A stretch of 64,000 nt of DNA from Nitrospirota bacterium (GCA_963788195.1 CAWBGA010000001.1:192001-256000), one strand, 5' to 3'. Shown: positions 27,947 to 38,125, numbered from the stretch's first letter. Translations and numbers: made by a program. The notes: a model not told the origin generated them from the letters alone.

Positions 27947-29638
27947 ATGACATCAGTACCGAATCTCAATCCTAGTATTGCTCCTGGAGCAGAATCTCGA
28001 GCGCCGGCTGATTCTCCGATGTCGGCTGTCCGATTGCCTCCATTCTATTTCATCGTCACGTTCTGGGGCGCGCGCTATCGCGAATGGTTTTGTAGGTTCG
28101 CGCTTCCCTCGCTGCTGGCGCCGAATAACATCCCCGCACTTGGAAATCTCAAGGAGTGCCGATTTCTGATCTGCACAACAAGAAAGGATTGGGCCAGGCT
28201 TCAGCGCAAACCAATCTTCGCGCTGTTAAAAGAATATATGGAACCAGTATTTCTCGAATCCCGACCGCGCCTCGCTGAGCGAGCACAAATATGCCCGGAT
28301 GTCGCGTGGCCATGAGGCCTTGACCGTTGCCTGTCATGAGGCGCGAGCCTGTGCCATCTATTTGGCCCCGGATACCGTGGTGCCGGACGGCTGCGTGGCT
28401 GCAGCTCAACGCCTCTTGGTGGCAGGCAAGCGCGTCGTGCTGTGCACGGCGATCCGTTTTGATATGGATGGCGTGGAGGCCGAACTCAGTTCGCGCGGGC
28501 TTCTCAAGCCGGGAGTGCCACTGGTCCTGTCTCGCCGTGATGCCGTCGACATTGGCTTGCGTAACCTGCATCCCGAGTCCCGAGCGGGCAACTGGGATGT
28601 GTGGAATTTTGGTTCGATTTCCTGGAAACATACGCGGATTGATTTTCCAGTGTGCTGCTTCTGGGAAGTCCAACGGGAGAATGGTGTCGTCATCCACACC
28701 CATAACTGGGCGCCATTCATGATCGATTTCTCCTCTTTGGCGGTCCACAACACTGAGGCATTGCAGAAATGGGCGATTGACGGAGATTATATTCACCACA
28801 ATTTCGGGCAAGACAAACTTGGCGAGGCGGTTTACGTTGTCGACGATTCCGATGACGTCATTCTGCTCGGATTAACCCCACGCAACGAGATGGTGCCTCC
28901 GAGGAGGCCCGCGTTATTTAAAGCCCTTCCAATTGTCGGCGAATGGACAAAGGGGTACCTTGTCAATCAAGTTGTGTTTGATAAGTATACTGATCCGCTG
29001 CGCCGCAAAATCTATTCCACCTGCGTGCGATGGCATAGCCGCGATCTATCATCGGCCTGGGCTGCGGTGGAAGCACGCGCCAGGAAGATCATGGCGGCCT
29101 ACACGCGATGTGATTTACATCCCAAGTCCCAGATTGCCGAGCTCGGGTCTTCGCGGGACGTTATCAGCGTTTCTCTTTTCGCCACGAATTCTGGGTTTCT
29201 TTTGGTACGTATTGTTGTCGATATTACTGACAGTGCGGCGCTTCACTTACCGTCGCGTCTCGATTGCGGGGTTCTATGCGCGTCGAATTTGGAAGGCGTG
29301 CATGGGAGACAAGGTTGAGCAGGCGCGAATTCGAGGCTCCATTCATCGTTATGGGTATCGCGACGCAATATACCGTGCATCCGAAGGTCCAGATTGCCGC
29401 GCTCAGGTCTTCGCGGGACGTTATCGATTTTATCCTTTCGCCGCGGGTTCTTGGTCTTCTTTGGTATGTGTCGGTGTACTGGATATATCTGTCGGTGCGG
29501 CGGTTCACTGACCACTGGTTCCCAAGAATACGTTCCTACGATTACGCGATCCGCCAGGCGTGGAAGGGGGACCCGGTTCAGCAAGCGCGGATTCGCAATC
29601 GTGTTCGGCTTATCGTGTCAATCTTTTCGAAAAGCTCA
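27947..29638 (+). CDS. Uncharacterised protein, paralogue 2, followed by two ~86-aa hydrophobic repeats; frameshifts near 28265, 29168 and 29340; may be fused to paralogue 3
   Basis: FIVTFWGARYREWF..FALPSLLAPNNIPAL; YLAPDTVVPDG; VVDDSDDVILL; pieces in ORFs 27809, 28299, 28933 and 29264. Confidence 0.6.
29118..29600 (+). repeat. Diverged tandem duplication, period about 260 bp
   Basis: catcccaagtcccagattgccgagctcgggtcttcgcgggacgttatc at 29118 versus catccgaaggtccagattgccgcgctcaggtcttcgcgggacgttatc at 29378; units end in EQARIR / QQARIR. Confidence 0.8.
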
Positions 29639-31510
29639 ATGAAGCTGAAACAGCCTGCACGTGTCATCACGACGGCTTGGGGAAAGAGTTATCTTGACGA
29701 GCTCCTTACCGTCACACTCCCAGCCTTGATTGCGCCAGGAAATCTGCCGGCCCTTGCTCAGTTGTTCGAATGCGAATTTGTCCTTGTAACGGAAACGGCG
29801 TTCTTCGAAAACGTTCGCAATGCATCGATCTTTCAGCAGATCGAGAAAATTTGTAAGGCGCGATTGGTATCCCTGGATGACCTCGTCATGACGCGGCTGC
29901 ATTACGGGATGGCGTTGACTTATGCCTACATGAGAGGTTTCGAGGATCTCGGGGATCGCGTCACCGATTGGTACCTGATTTTTTTGAATTCCGACTTCGT
30001 TTTGGCCGATGGGTCCTACCGACATCTTGCTCAACGAATGCTTGCCGGTGATCGGCTTATCGTGGCACCGAGTTATTGCGTTATGGAGGAGCGCCTCAAG
30101 CCGCTTCTGAGATATGTGCTCACAGATCCACAAACCAATGTGCTCGCCATACCTCCCCGCGAGATGGCCGCGTTGGCCATCCCAAACCGGCATTACACGA
30201 TCCGAGGCAAGACGGTCAACCAGCAAATCTATTCGATGGATCGCATCGAGCAGTTTTATTGGTATGTGGACGAGCACACGTTGTTAGCGCATCAACTGCC
30301 GATTGCTGTTGCCTGCATGAAGCCGGAAAGAGCCGTGGCTACGCTTGAAACATTCTGGGATTACGGCCTGGTTTCAGAGCTTTGTCCGACAACCAAGCCT
30401 TGCGTGCTCGACGACTCAGACGACTTCCTCATGATTGAATTGCGGAGCGAGAATACCTACGCGGAGTACCTTTCACTTGGCTGGCCCAGTGTCGATGAAA
30501 TAGCAGCGGACCTATCCTCATTTATCACCAAAGATCACCGCGATTATGGTCGTTACACGCTCATTCTGCATTCTCGTGAGATCCCGGACTCCATCTACCA
30601 TGCCAAGGCTTCCCTTCGTGCCTTCGTCGACAGCGTGTACGCGCGAATGACGCCTGAGCCCCAATCCCATTTAAGACATCAATATTGGATGGCATCCCAC
30701 ACTGACTTTCACCGTGCCAAGGCGTTCTATCAACCGCGCCAATCTACCGATGTTACTCGTCCTGATCCATCCCAGTACCTTCGAAAAGGCGGCGAACTAC
30801 CCACGTCGTTAGGCTCGCGTGGTTTACTTTGGAGAATACTGGCCTGGATCCAAGCGACATTTATCGGCCATCTAGGTAAGGGTCATCCGTACTGGGACGA
30901 TTTGTCTCACGCCATTCAAATACTCGAGAAGGCGTTGCAGACGGAGGATTGCAAGGTCTTGTTCATATCGCCGTCCGAGCAAGGGAGTTTTTTACTTCCA
31001 TGGGTCGCGAAAGCTGCCAACGCTTACGCCCGCGTGGATGAGTTCTATGCCGTAAACGATTTTTTAGAGAGGGTGATCGGCCCAGAGTCAAACTTCGATA
31101 CATGTGTGATCGAGGTAAATTTTGATACGCTGCTGTATTTTCCGAACCTATTCCGTGCTGTTCGACCCCGTCTGAAAAACAGGGGGAAGGTTGTTGCCTT
31201 ATACCTGAACACATACAACCGACCCGTCTATAAGAAAAACCTAACGATAATGAAGAAGTATTTCCCTTCGACGGACAATTCACGAGTCTATTTTTCAGGT
31301 ACAGCGATGGGTGCGCGCGCGAAACGCCTCTACAACACCTCATTATTGCTGCGCCAGTGGGGGAATGTTCGAGGCTTGGCGGCGGCTATCGTTTTTATGG
31401 TGTTAAGTATAGGGCTTTCCTTTGTGGCGAACCGATGCACCGATTCTCGACCGCCACAGCGATACCCAAAAATCTTAACCAGCCTGACCGTCGAGATCGA
31501 TATTATATAG
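29639..31510 (+). CDS. Uncharacterised protein, paralogue 3 of triplicated family
   Basis: MKLKQPARVITTAWGKSYLDELL...LPALIAPGNLPAL, FLNSDFVLADG, TIRGKTVNQ, WDYGLVSELCP, DDSDDFLMIELR; frame open upstream to 29264. Confidence 0.8.
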   Translation: MKLKQPARVITTAWGKSYLDELLTVTLPALIAPGNLPALAQLFECEFVLVTETAFFENVRNASIFQQIEKICKARLVSLDDLVMTRLHYGMALTYAYMRGFEDLGDRVTDWYLIFLNSDFVLADGSYRHLAQRMLAGDRLIVAPSYCVMEERLKPLLRYVLTDPQTNVLAIPPREMAALAIPNRHYTIRGKTVNQQIYSMDRIEQFYWYVDEHTLLAHQLPIAVACMKPERAVATLETFWDYGLVSELCPTTKPCVLDDSDDFLMIELRSENTYAEYLSLGWPSVDEIAADLSSFITKDHRDYGRYTLILHSREIPDSIYHAKASLRAFVDSVYARMTPEPQSHLRHQYWMASHTDFHRAKAFYQPRQSTDVTRPDPSQYLRKGGELPTSLGSRGLLWRILAWIQATFIGHLGKGHPYWDDLSHAIQILEKALQTEDCKVLFISPSEQGSFLLPWVAKAANAYARVDEFYAVNDFLERVIGPESNFDTCVIEVNFDTLLYFPNLFRAVRPRLKNRGKVVALYLNTYNRPVYKKNLTIMKKYFPSTDNSRVYFSGTAMGARAKRLYNTSLLLRQWGNVRGLAAAIVFMVLSIGLSFVANRCTDSRPPQRYPKILTSLTVEIDII

Positions 31511-31585
31511 GGCTGAAGAGCGAAAAAGGACCACACGCGGTCATGGTGTCGAGTTGCGATCGCGCAAGAGAGCTTATAGAACTGC

Positions 31586-32257
31586 ATGAATGACTCGAAG
31601 TCGCTGTGGCTTGGTCTAAGGGCAAAACTTACACAGTATGATGTGCGGCTTGGGACCGCGACCGCTCAGGACTACATACACGATCCAAAGCACCTTGCCT
31701 TTGTGGCGGCGCGCTACAAATTTGCCGCTAAGATGCTGGCAGGCCTAGGCCGGGTGATTGAGGTAGGGTGCGGGGATGCCTTTGGTGCACCGATGATTGC
31801 CCAAGACGTCGGCAAACTCATCTGCACTGATATTGACGGAGACATGCTCAAGGACAACGCACAGCGCTGCACTCCCTTCAAGAACATCAGCTTCGAATAC
31901 TTTGATTTTCGCGAGAAACCCTATCCGGATCCTGCTGATGGGATCTGCCTGATCGACGTCATCGAGCATATCTACCCCAGTGAGGAGTCCGGCTTTCTGG
32001 CAAATTTGGTACGGAGCGTGACACCGCATGGTGTTGCCCTCATCGGCACTCCGAATCTCACGGCGGATCAATATGCCTCGCCAAATTCAAAAGTCGGCCA
32101 CGTCAATCTGAAAGACCACAAAACGTTGCGTTCAATGCTGGCTCCCTGGTTCCATAACATCTTTCTTTTCTCCATGAATGACGAAGTGCTGCACACTGGT
32201 TTCTACCCGATGGCGCATTACCTGTGGGCATTGTGCGCGTCGCCCAAAAGAACCTAG
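31586..32257 (+). CDS. Class I SAM-dependent methyltransferase
   Basis: ARYKFA, VIEVGCGDAFG, DVIEHI, IGTPN. Confidence 0.88.
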   Translation: MNDSKSLWLGLRAKLTQYDVRLGTATAQDYIHDPKHLAFVAARYKFAAKMLAGLGRVIEVGCGDAFGAPMIAQDVGKLICTDIDGDMLKDNAQRCTPFKNISFEYFDFREKPYPDPADGICLIDVIEHIYPSEESGFLANLVRSVTPHGVALIGTPNLTADQYASPNSKVGHVNLKDHKTLRSMLAPWFHNIFLFSMNDEVLHTGFYPMAHYLWALCASPKRT

Positions 32258-32261
32258 CGGA

Positions 32262-33059
32262 ATGAAAACGGTTATGACAGTAAGCGATTCGAGCACGAAG
32301 GAAGAGGTCACATGTCTGTTAAAAGCGCTTGGCATTCCGCGTGACGGAGTCTTGCTGATCCACAGCTCCTTCAAGGACTTGTCGCGCGCGGGCTACCGGG
32401 TGGAGGCCGTGTTGATTGGAATCGTCGAGTATATGTCCCCTGGGACTTTATTAATGCCAACTATGTCGTGGCGTGCCGTCAATCCCGAAAACCCGATCTT
32501 TGACGAACTAGAAACGCCCTCCATTACAGGGATTTTAACAGAGAGATTCAGAACACAATATGCAACGCGACGAAGCTTGCATCCTACCCACTCTGTCGCC
32601 GGGCGTGGACCATTGGCGGACGATTTACTGGCGTTCCACCATCTTGACGAGAAGCCATGCTGGGAGAGAAGCCCGTGGGGCCTTCTCGACGACTCTGATG
32701 CCCATGTCATGTTGCTTGGGGTCGGGATGGAGTCCTGTACTCTCGTCCATCATGTTGAACAGGCCATCGCGCCCGAGCTGTATTTATCACCTCCAGAAGC
32801 TCGCGAGCGCTATATTTGCCGTGACAGTCATCGTCATGAGATTCAGATGTACACCAGGCGAACGCTCCGGTTGCCGCGAGACTTTTGGCAGTTCGAAGAG
32901 ACACTGGCGGCTGAGGGCAGGGTCCGAGAGCAAATGCTTGCTGGAACGCTCTGTCGCAGTTTTGCAGCGAAGGAGATGGTTCGTGTAATCGCTGATACCT
33001 TGCAACACTGTCCGGATGCAATCATCGCCAAACCAGGTCAGCGTTACCGGATGATGTGA
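32262..33059 (+). CDS. AAC(3)-family N-acetyltransferase
   Basis: LLIHSSFK, GTLLMPT, TGILTERFR, RSLHPTHSVAGRG, LLGVG..CTLVHHVE. Confidence 0.88.
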   Translation: MKTVMTVSDSSTKEEVTCLLKALGIPRDGVLLIHSSFKDLSRAGYRVEAVLIGIVEYMSPGTLLMPTMSWRAVNPENPIFDELETPSITGILTERFRTQYATRRSLHPTHSVAGRGPLADDLLAFHHLDEKPCWERSPWGLLDDSDAHVMLLGVGMESCTLVHHVEQAIAPELYLSPPEARERYICRDSHRHEIQMYTRRTLRLPRDFWQFEETLAAEGRVREQMLAGTLCRSFAAKEMVRVIADTLQHCPDAIIAKPGQRYRMM

Positions 33060-33556
33060 AGTCGGTAATGAAGAAACTAAATGATGGCCACTCTGCGTTC
33101 GTCACCGCTCGCGACCATCTGCAGATCGGCAACGCTGCAGCGGCAATCATCCTGGTAGAAGACGGCCGATATCTCCTGCAATTGCGGGACAACATCGAAT
33201 CCATATGGTATCCCAATCATTGGGGCTGTTTCGGGGGGGGTGTCGAGCCAGAGGAAGACCCGGTGCGAGCGCTGCGGCGTGAATTGCGAGAGGAACTGTC
33301 ATTTGACTTCACCGATGCGCGCTTCTTTACCGAACTTGAGTTTGACTTGGCAGGACTAGGGCTCGATCGATATTACCGCAAATATTATCTGGTGAGCATG
33401 AGGCTGGTAGAGATGGAAGGGTTGCGCCTGACGGAAGGTGTCAGGCTCGCTGCATTCGACGCGGATACGATGCTTGGGACCCTTGATCTCTCTCCATATG
33501 ATGCGTTCGCCCTCTTCCTTCATGCGCGAGGATTTCGACTTGGCAAGCATGCCTGA
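33056..33556 (+). CDS. NUDIX hydrolase
   Basis: LLQLRD, WGCFGGGVEPEEDPVRALRRELREEL Nudix box. Confidence 0.88.
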   Translation: MKSVMKKLNDGHSAFVTARDHLQIGNAAAAIILVEDGRYLLQLRDNIESIWYPNHWGCFGGGVEPEEDPVRALRRELREELSFDFTDARFFTELEFDLAGLGLDRYYRKYYLVSMRLVEMEGLRLTEGVRLAAFDADTMLGTLDLSPYDAFALFLHARGFRLGKHA

Positions 33557-33586
33557 TTTGGAAGGTGGGGATATTACTCGCAGACA

Positions 33587-34879
33587 GTGAAGTTGCTAGA
33601 GGCACTTTTGTGGCTTGCCCGCCCCACACGCAATGCCCTTATTACGATTGGCATCTCTGTGGTGCTGTTCATAGCGTTGAATCTTCTTGCATATCTGGCA
33701 ATGCCTTACTTTGTCCCCCCACGAACAAATGATGTATTCGACGCTGTTTCATGGCCGCATTCAGCCGTAGGTCAACGGGTGCTAAAGGGGATATTCGGGA
33801 CAGAAGATTGGGGCAAGGCGATCCGCTACAACCAGGCATCACCGAACTTCGCAATACATCCTACGCTGAATTTTATGACCGAACCGGTTCGAAACGAGCA
33901 TTTCACGATGGGGCCGGAGGGCGTCCGACTGGAACCCGGATGGAGCGACGATTTTGTTCGACAACAGCTTAAAAATGGTAGGCCGCTGATATTTGTAATG
34001 GGAGGATCAACTGTCTTGGGCCACGGCGTGGGAGCAGATCATACGATCTCCTATCATATGAACGAGGCTTTGCATGGAAGCGGCGCCACCGCCGTGAATT
34101 TCGGTTCGCAGGCCTACGACCAACATCGCGACATTGAGAAACTCCTCTATTTGTTGCGGGAAGGCTTTCGCCCAGCCAAAGTCGTCTTTCTGAATGGGTG
34201 GAATGATATTTTGGGCATGGCCCGCAGCAACCTACGAACGCAAGACAAATTGATATATCACGGGTTCGCGACTAACCGAGGAGAAATTGCATTCACGCCA
34301 GGCGATCGAGTCGACGATCGCAGGCACTTTAGATTGTTTCTGGAGTCATTACCTGCATATCGGTTGCTGGAAACGTATAAGCGACGGTCAATAAACCTCG
34401 ATCGCATGCTGGCGGAACGAGACGCTTTTACCCAAGGCTTTGACTTTTACGAAGCTGAGTTTCTCTATCTCCATTGGGCCGATTTCGCAGATCGCCGTCG
34501 GGAGTTGTTGAAAAAGCAAATCGCGGACAATTTTGCTGCCAATCTTAAATTCCTGCAGGGAATTTCCACCGGCTTTGGATTTGAGTTCTATTCATTCTAT
34601 CAACCTATTGGTCTGCTGGATCCTGACAATCCATTTGTCGGAGATCAGGCCCGGACAGCCGCTGGATATGCCTATGTTCATGAAATGGACGATGTGATCA
34701 GGCACAATATCGCTTCCGGCAAGTTGCCCATGATCGACATAAGCCGAGCGCTGCGAAACATACCAGGTCCGAAATTTATTGATGTTGCTCATTATTCACC
34801 GAGCGCCAATAAAGCTTTGGCGCGAGAAATCCTTCGTTATGTTACGGTAGATGCTGCTTCCTCGGAGCCGAAACAATGA
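33587..34879 (+). CDS. Membrane-anchored SGNH/GDSL-fold protein
   Basis: N-terminal TM helix; MGGSTVLG, NFGSQAY, FLNGWND, FIDVAHYS (DxxH). Confidence 0.75.
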   Translation: MKLLEALLWLARPTRNALITIGISVVLFIALNLLAYLAMPYFVPPRTNDVFDAVSWPHSAVGQRVLKGIFGTEDWGKAIRYNQASPNFAIHPTLNFMTEPVRNEHFTMGPEGVRLEPGWSDDFVRQQLKNGRPLIFVMGGSTVLGHGVGADHTISYHMNEALHGSGATAVNFGSQAYDQHRDIEKLLYLLREGFRPAKVVFLNGWNDILGMARSNLRTQDKLIYHGFATNRGEIAFTPGDRVDDRRHFRLFLESLPAYRLLETYKRRSINLDRMLAERDAFTQGFDFYEAEFLYLHWADFADRRRELLKKQIADNFAANLKFLQGISTGFGFEFYSFYQPIGLLDPDNPFVGDQARTAAGYAYVHEMDDVIRHNIASGKLPMIDISRALRNIPGPKFIDVAHYSPSANKALAREILRYVTVDAASSEPKQ

Positions 34880-34939
34880 AACTGGTGATATTTAGTTTAT
34901 GCTTGCTTTCTTAACTCTGAAACCTCAAGAAGGATAATT

Positions 34940-36001
34940 ATGCGAGACTGGTCTAAAGCCGCGTGGGTGGATCCATCATTGAACTGGACACCGCTTCCAG
35001 TTCCGGAGCTGCCCGAGCGGCTGCTGATCGATTTTGCAACGAAGTGCAACTTGCGCTGCCCGATGTGTCCCGTCTGGGGCTCAGACGACGAAGGCGAGAT
35101 CGATCGGGTGTTGGGGACCATGGACCTCGACGCGGCGCGGAAGATTTTCGACGAGGTCGTGGAAACCAAGCCGATGATTGCGCCGAGCATTTACGGGGAA
35201 CCGTTGCTGATTCCCAATATGCGGGAAGTCTTCTCTGACATGAAGGCGCGCGGGCTACCCATCGCGGTCAATACGAACGGGCTCACTCTCAATGCGGACA
35301 TCGCTAAATTCTGGGTTGATATCAAGGTGGACTCCATCATGTTCAGTCTCGATGCGACCACGCGACCGACATTGAGGAAGGTTCGCGGCATCGACAAACT
35401 GGAAAAGATCGAAAGCGCGGTGTTCCGTCTCATGAAAGCGCGCGGCGGGAGTGATCATCCCCGTATCGGTGTCTCGTTCACGGTACAGGATGAGAACAAA
35501 CAAGAATTGGACGACTTCGTTTCCCGGTGGGCGGGGGTTGTGGATGTGGTGAGAATTGGTCTGATGTTCGACAGCCAGGACGGCACGTATCATGACATGC
35601 ACACTGCAACGGCGCGCAAGCCGTGTCCTGCTATCTATAACACCATGCCAATTCACAACGATGGGACGGTTCGGTTGTGTTGCCTTGATGGCTTTCGAGC
35701 CACAACCATGGGAAATATCTTCGAGGATGGAGTCAAGGCGGTATGGGAGGGAGAGGAATTTGCCAAGGCCCGCTACTTTCATGAAACCGGCCAGTGGGAA
35801 AAGGTGCCGTTCTGCCAAAACTGCAACGGATGGGCTCAGCACGATTATCAGGAAGAGATCCGCGATGGTCTTCTGATCCGACGTTCTCCTCAGTTCACGT
35901 ACTACAATAAAATTGATCGTCTTAAAAATTGGACGGGCACGCTGTTGGGAGGCCACCGCCCACCGCCGGTCAATCTTACTGCACAGATCGTTTACATCTA
36001 G
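34940..36001 (+). CDS. Radical SAM protein with SPASM/twitch domain
   Basis: CNLRCPMC (CxxxCxxC), YGEPLL, NTNG, PCP...DGTVRLCCLD...GNI...CQNC. Confidence 0.92.
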   Translation: MRDWSKAAWVDPSLNWTPLPVPELPERLLIDFATKCNLRCPMCPVWGSDDEGEIDRVLGTMDLDAARKIFDEVVETKPMIAPSIYGEPLLIPNMREVFSDMKARGLPIAVNTNGLTLNADIAKFWVDIKVDSIMFSLDATTRPTLRKVRGIDKLEKIESAVFRLMKARGGSDHPRIGVSFTVQDENKQELDDFVSRWAGVVDVVRIGLMFDSQDGTYHDMHTATARKPCPAIYNTMPIHNDGTVRLCCLDGFRATTMGNIFEDGVKAVWEGEEFAKARYFHETGQWEKVPFCQNCNGWAQHDYQEEIRDGLLIRRSPQFTYYNKIDRLKNWTGTLLGGHRPPPVNLTAQIVYI

Positions 36002-36034
36002 ATTTCCTCGCAGGTGGTCATCCGCCCATCCCCA

Positions 36035-37271
36035 ATGACTAAAGGAACACATGACGCCTCCGTTGCGGAGCCGGAAGAGGGCTTGGCTCGTTTCATTCTT
36101 CAGTTCCGCCGGGGAGGGCCGGCATGGATCTTCCGCCGATTGCAATCGGAACTTCTGTTGCCGACAACAAAACCGGGAAAGCTTATTCACACCGCGTTGG
36201 GCCGAACCATTGCTGCTGGTTGTGCACCAATCCGGTCCGCTCGCCGCCTGATGGGGAAAACGGCGCCTGTTGAAAAGCAAACATTGTATGCGTTCTATGA
36301 CTTGAAGGTTGAGCCGATCACGTTCGACATTCTGTGGTTTCTGGCGGGCGCTGATTTGCAGCGCCGGAGTCTGGGCCTTCGGCATTTGCATGTCGTCATC
36401 GTGCCTGGTCCTGATGATGGATTACGCAAGGAAAATCCACGCTATGAAGCTGCGGTGGATCGAGAAGCACGGCGCTGGCGTATTGATAATATTCTGGTCG
36501 GTGCTCTCAGTCTTCTGCCGTCCTGCGCGGGCTTTACCTTGGCGGGGTCGCGTCACGAAGCCGCCATCATACGCTCGGGAGCGGCTTTCCGTTGCTATCC
36601 AAAGGATTACGAGCCGCTTTTGCCTGCCGCGCATCATCCTAATGATAGTCTGATTCCAGCCCGAGCAGACATTCGACCGATCGGCACGCTGCGTGCGGGG
36701 ACTCAGGGGTTACGCTACGTAGATCGGTGGTTTGCCAACTATGCAGCGGATCGCCGGTATGATCACGATCACGCTTCGAGATTACGAATATAATCCGGGT
36801 CGCAATAGTAACGTGGCTGCATGGGCGGAGTTTGCTCGAAGACTGGATCCCTGCGTCTGGATGCCGGTCTTCGTGCTCGATACAGAGCGCACGTTGGATG
36901 AAGCTCAGCTAGCGATTCGGGGGTTTACTGTTTTTCGCGAAGTGGCATGGAACGTTGGATTACGCATGGCGCTTTATGAGCGCGCCTGGCTCAATCTTGG
37001 AGTGAACAATGGACCAATGGCGCTATGCTGGCTTAACGACCGCACACGCTATATCACGTTCAAAATGGTCACACCCGGAGTTGCCGGATCTACTGTGGTC
37101 TTTAATCGCTCACGAGGTTTCGAACCAAATCAATCACTTCCCTTCGCAACGCCATATCAGAAGTGGGTGTGGGAAGAGGATGGGCTGGAGGTGATCGAGC
37201 GAGAGTTTCAGAGGATGGTCGGGCGTATTGAAAACGCATCCCATTCGCAGCCCTGTGACGATGCAAATTAA
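36035..37271 (+). CDS. Hypothetical protein, possibly GT-B-fold glycosyltransferase-like; frameshifted near 36755
   Basis: YAFYDL..PITFD in ORF 36014; continues ITITLRD...RNSN..AW, LYERAWLNLGVNNGPMALC in ORF 36732 (echoes GT9 NDSGPMH). Confidence 0.6.
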
Positions 37272-37318
37272 CTGTTGGCCACGACAAGATATACGCACCG
37301 TGAGCTGAGGGAAGTTGA

Positions 37319-38113
37319 ATGGTGCCGCAATACGATATAGCAGTAAGAGATATCATTGGAGGCATTTTGAACTGGCGGATGTGGGCGCGTTTGGGTTGGC
37401 AGGAGACCAAGCGCCGCTATCGACGCACGGTGATCGGACCATTCTGGACGACGCTGTCGCTTGGGATCTTTATTTTCGCCCTCGGTATTATCTGGGCGCA
37501 GCTGTGGAAACAGGATCCCAAGACGTATTTGCCGTTTCTGGCATCAGGCATGCTTGCTTGGGTATTAGTTTCTTCCATGATCTCCGAAGGATGTATCGTC
37601 TTCACGTCGAGTGAAAATCTTATTAAATCATTGAGGGTCAATTACACGGCCCTCACCTGTGCAGTCGTCTGGCGTAATCTGATCGTGCTTGCGCACAACT
37701 TCCTCATCTTCATCGCCGTCATGATCTATGCAAGTCTGCCGGTCACCTGGAACTCTCTATTAATTCTCCCGGGTCTTCTCCTGGTCTCGATCAACGGGAT
37801 TTGGATCATTACCTTACTAGGCCTTCTGTCGTCGCGTTATCGTGATATCCAACAGGTCACAGCGAGCATTCTGCAAGTAGCGATGTTTGTGACTCCGATT
37901 TTCTGGTCGCCTCCGCAACTCGGTGCGCGGCTTGCCAGCTTTGTTGACTTTAATGTTCTCTACCATTTTGTTGATGTCATCCGCGCCCCGCTATTGGGCC
38001 GGGCGCCGTCGCTCTGGACGTATGCGATGCTCGTTGCCTGTACCATCGTGGGTTGGTCTCTGACGGTCATGGTCTATAGTCGATTTCGCCGCCGGCTGGC
38101 CTATTGGCTCTAG
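37319..38113 (+). CDS. wzm: ABC-2 polysaccharide exporter permease
   Basis: RYRRTVIGPFW, about 6 TM helices, RYRDIQQ, FVTPIFW. Confidence 0.92.
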   Translation: MVPQYDIAVRDIIGGILNWRMWARLGWQETKRRYRRTVIGPFWTTLSLGIFIFALGIIWAQLWKQDPKTYLPFLASGMLAWVLVSSMISEGCIVFTSSENLIKSLRVNYTALTCAVVWRNLIVLAHNFLIFIAVMIYASLPVTWNSLLILPGLLLVSINGIWIITLLGLLSSRYRDIQQVTASILQVAMFVTPIFWSPPQLGARLASFVDFNVLYHFVDVIRAPLLGRAPSLWTYAMLVACTIVGWSLTVMVYSRFRRRLAYWL

Positions 38114-38125
38114 TACGATTCCGCA

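Noticed and set aside
32262..33059. Acquired aminoglycoside resistance gene
   Set aside because: No mobile context; tightly packed within biosynthetic genes; family membership alone does not show resistance
33233..33240. G8 tract as a phase-variation switch
   Set aside because: In frame and encodes the Gly run of the Nudix box; no evidence of length variation from one sequence
35255..36391. Long antisense ORFs (378 aa here; also 10049-10888, 12961-13743, 18679-19428, 21102-21932)
   Set aside because: Shadow frames opposite well-supported + strand genes, with no motifs
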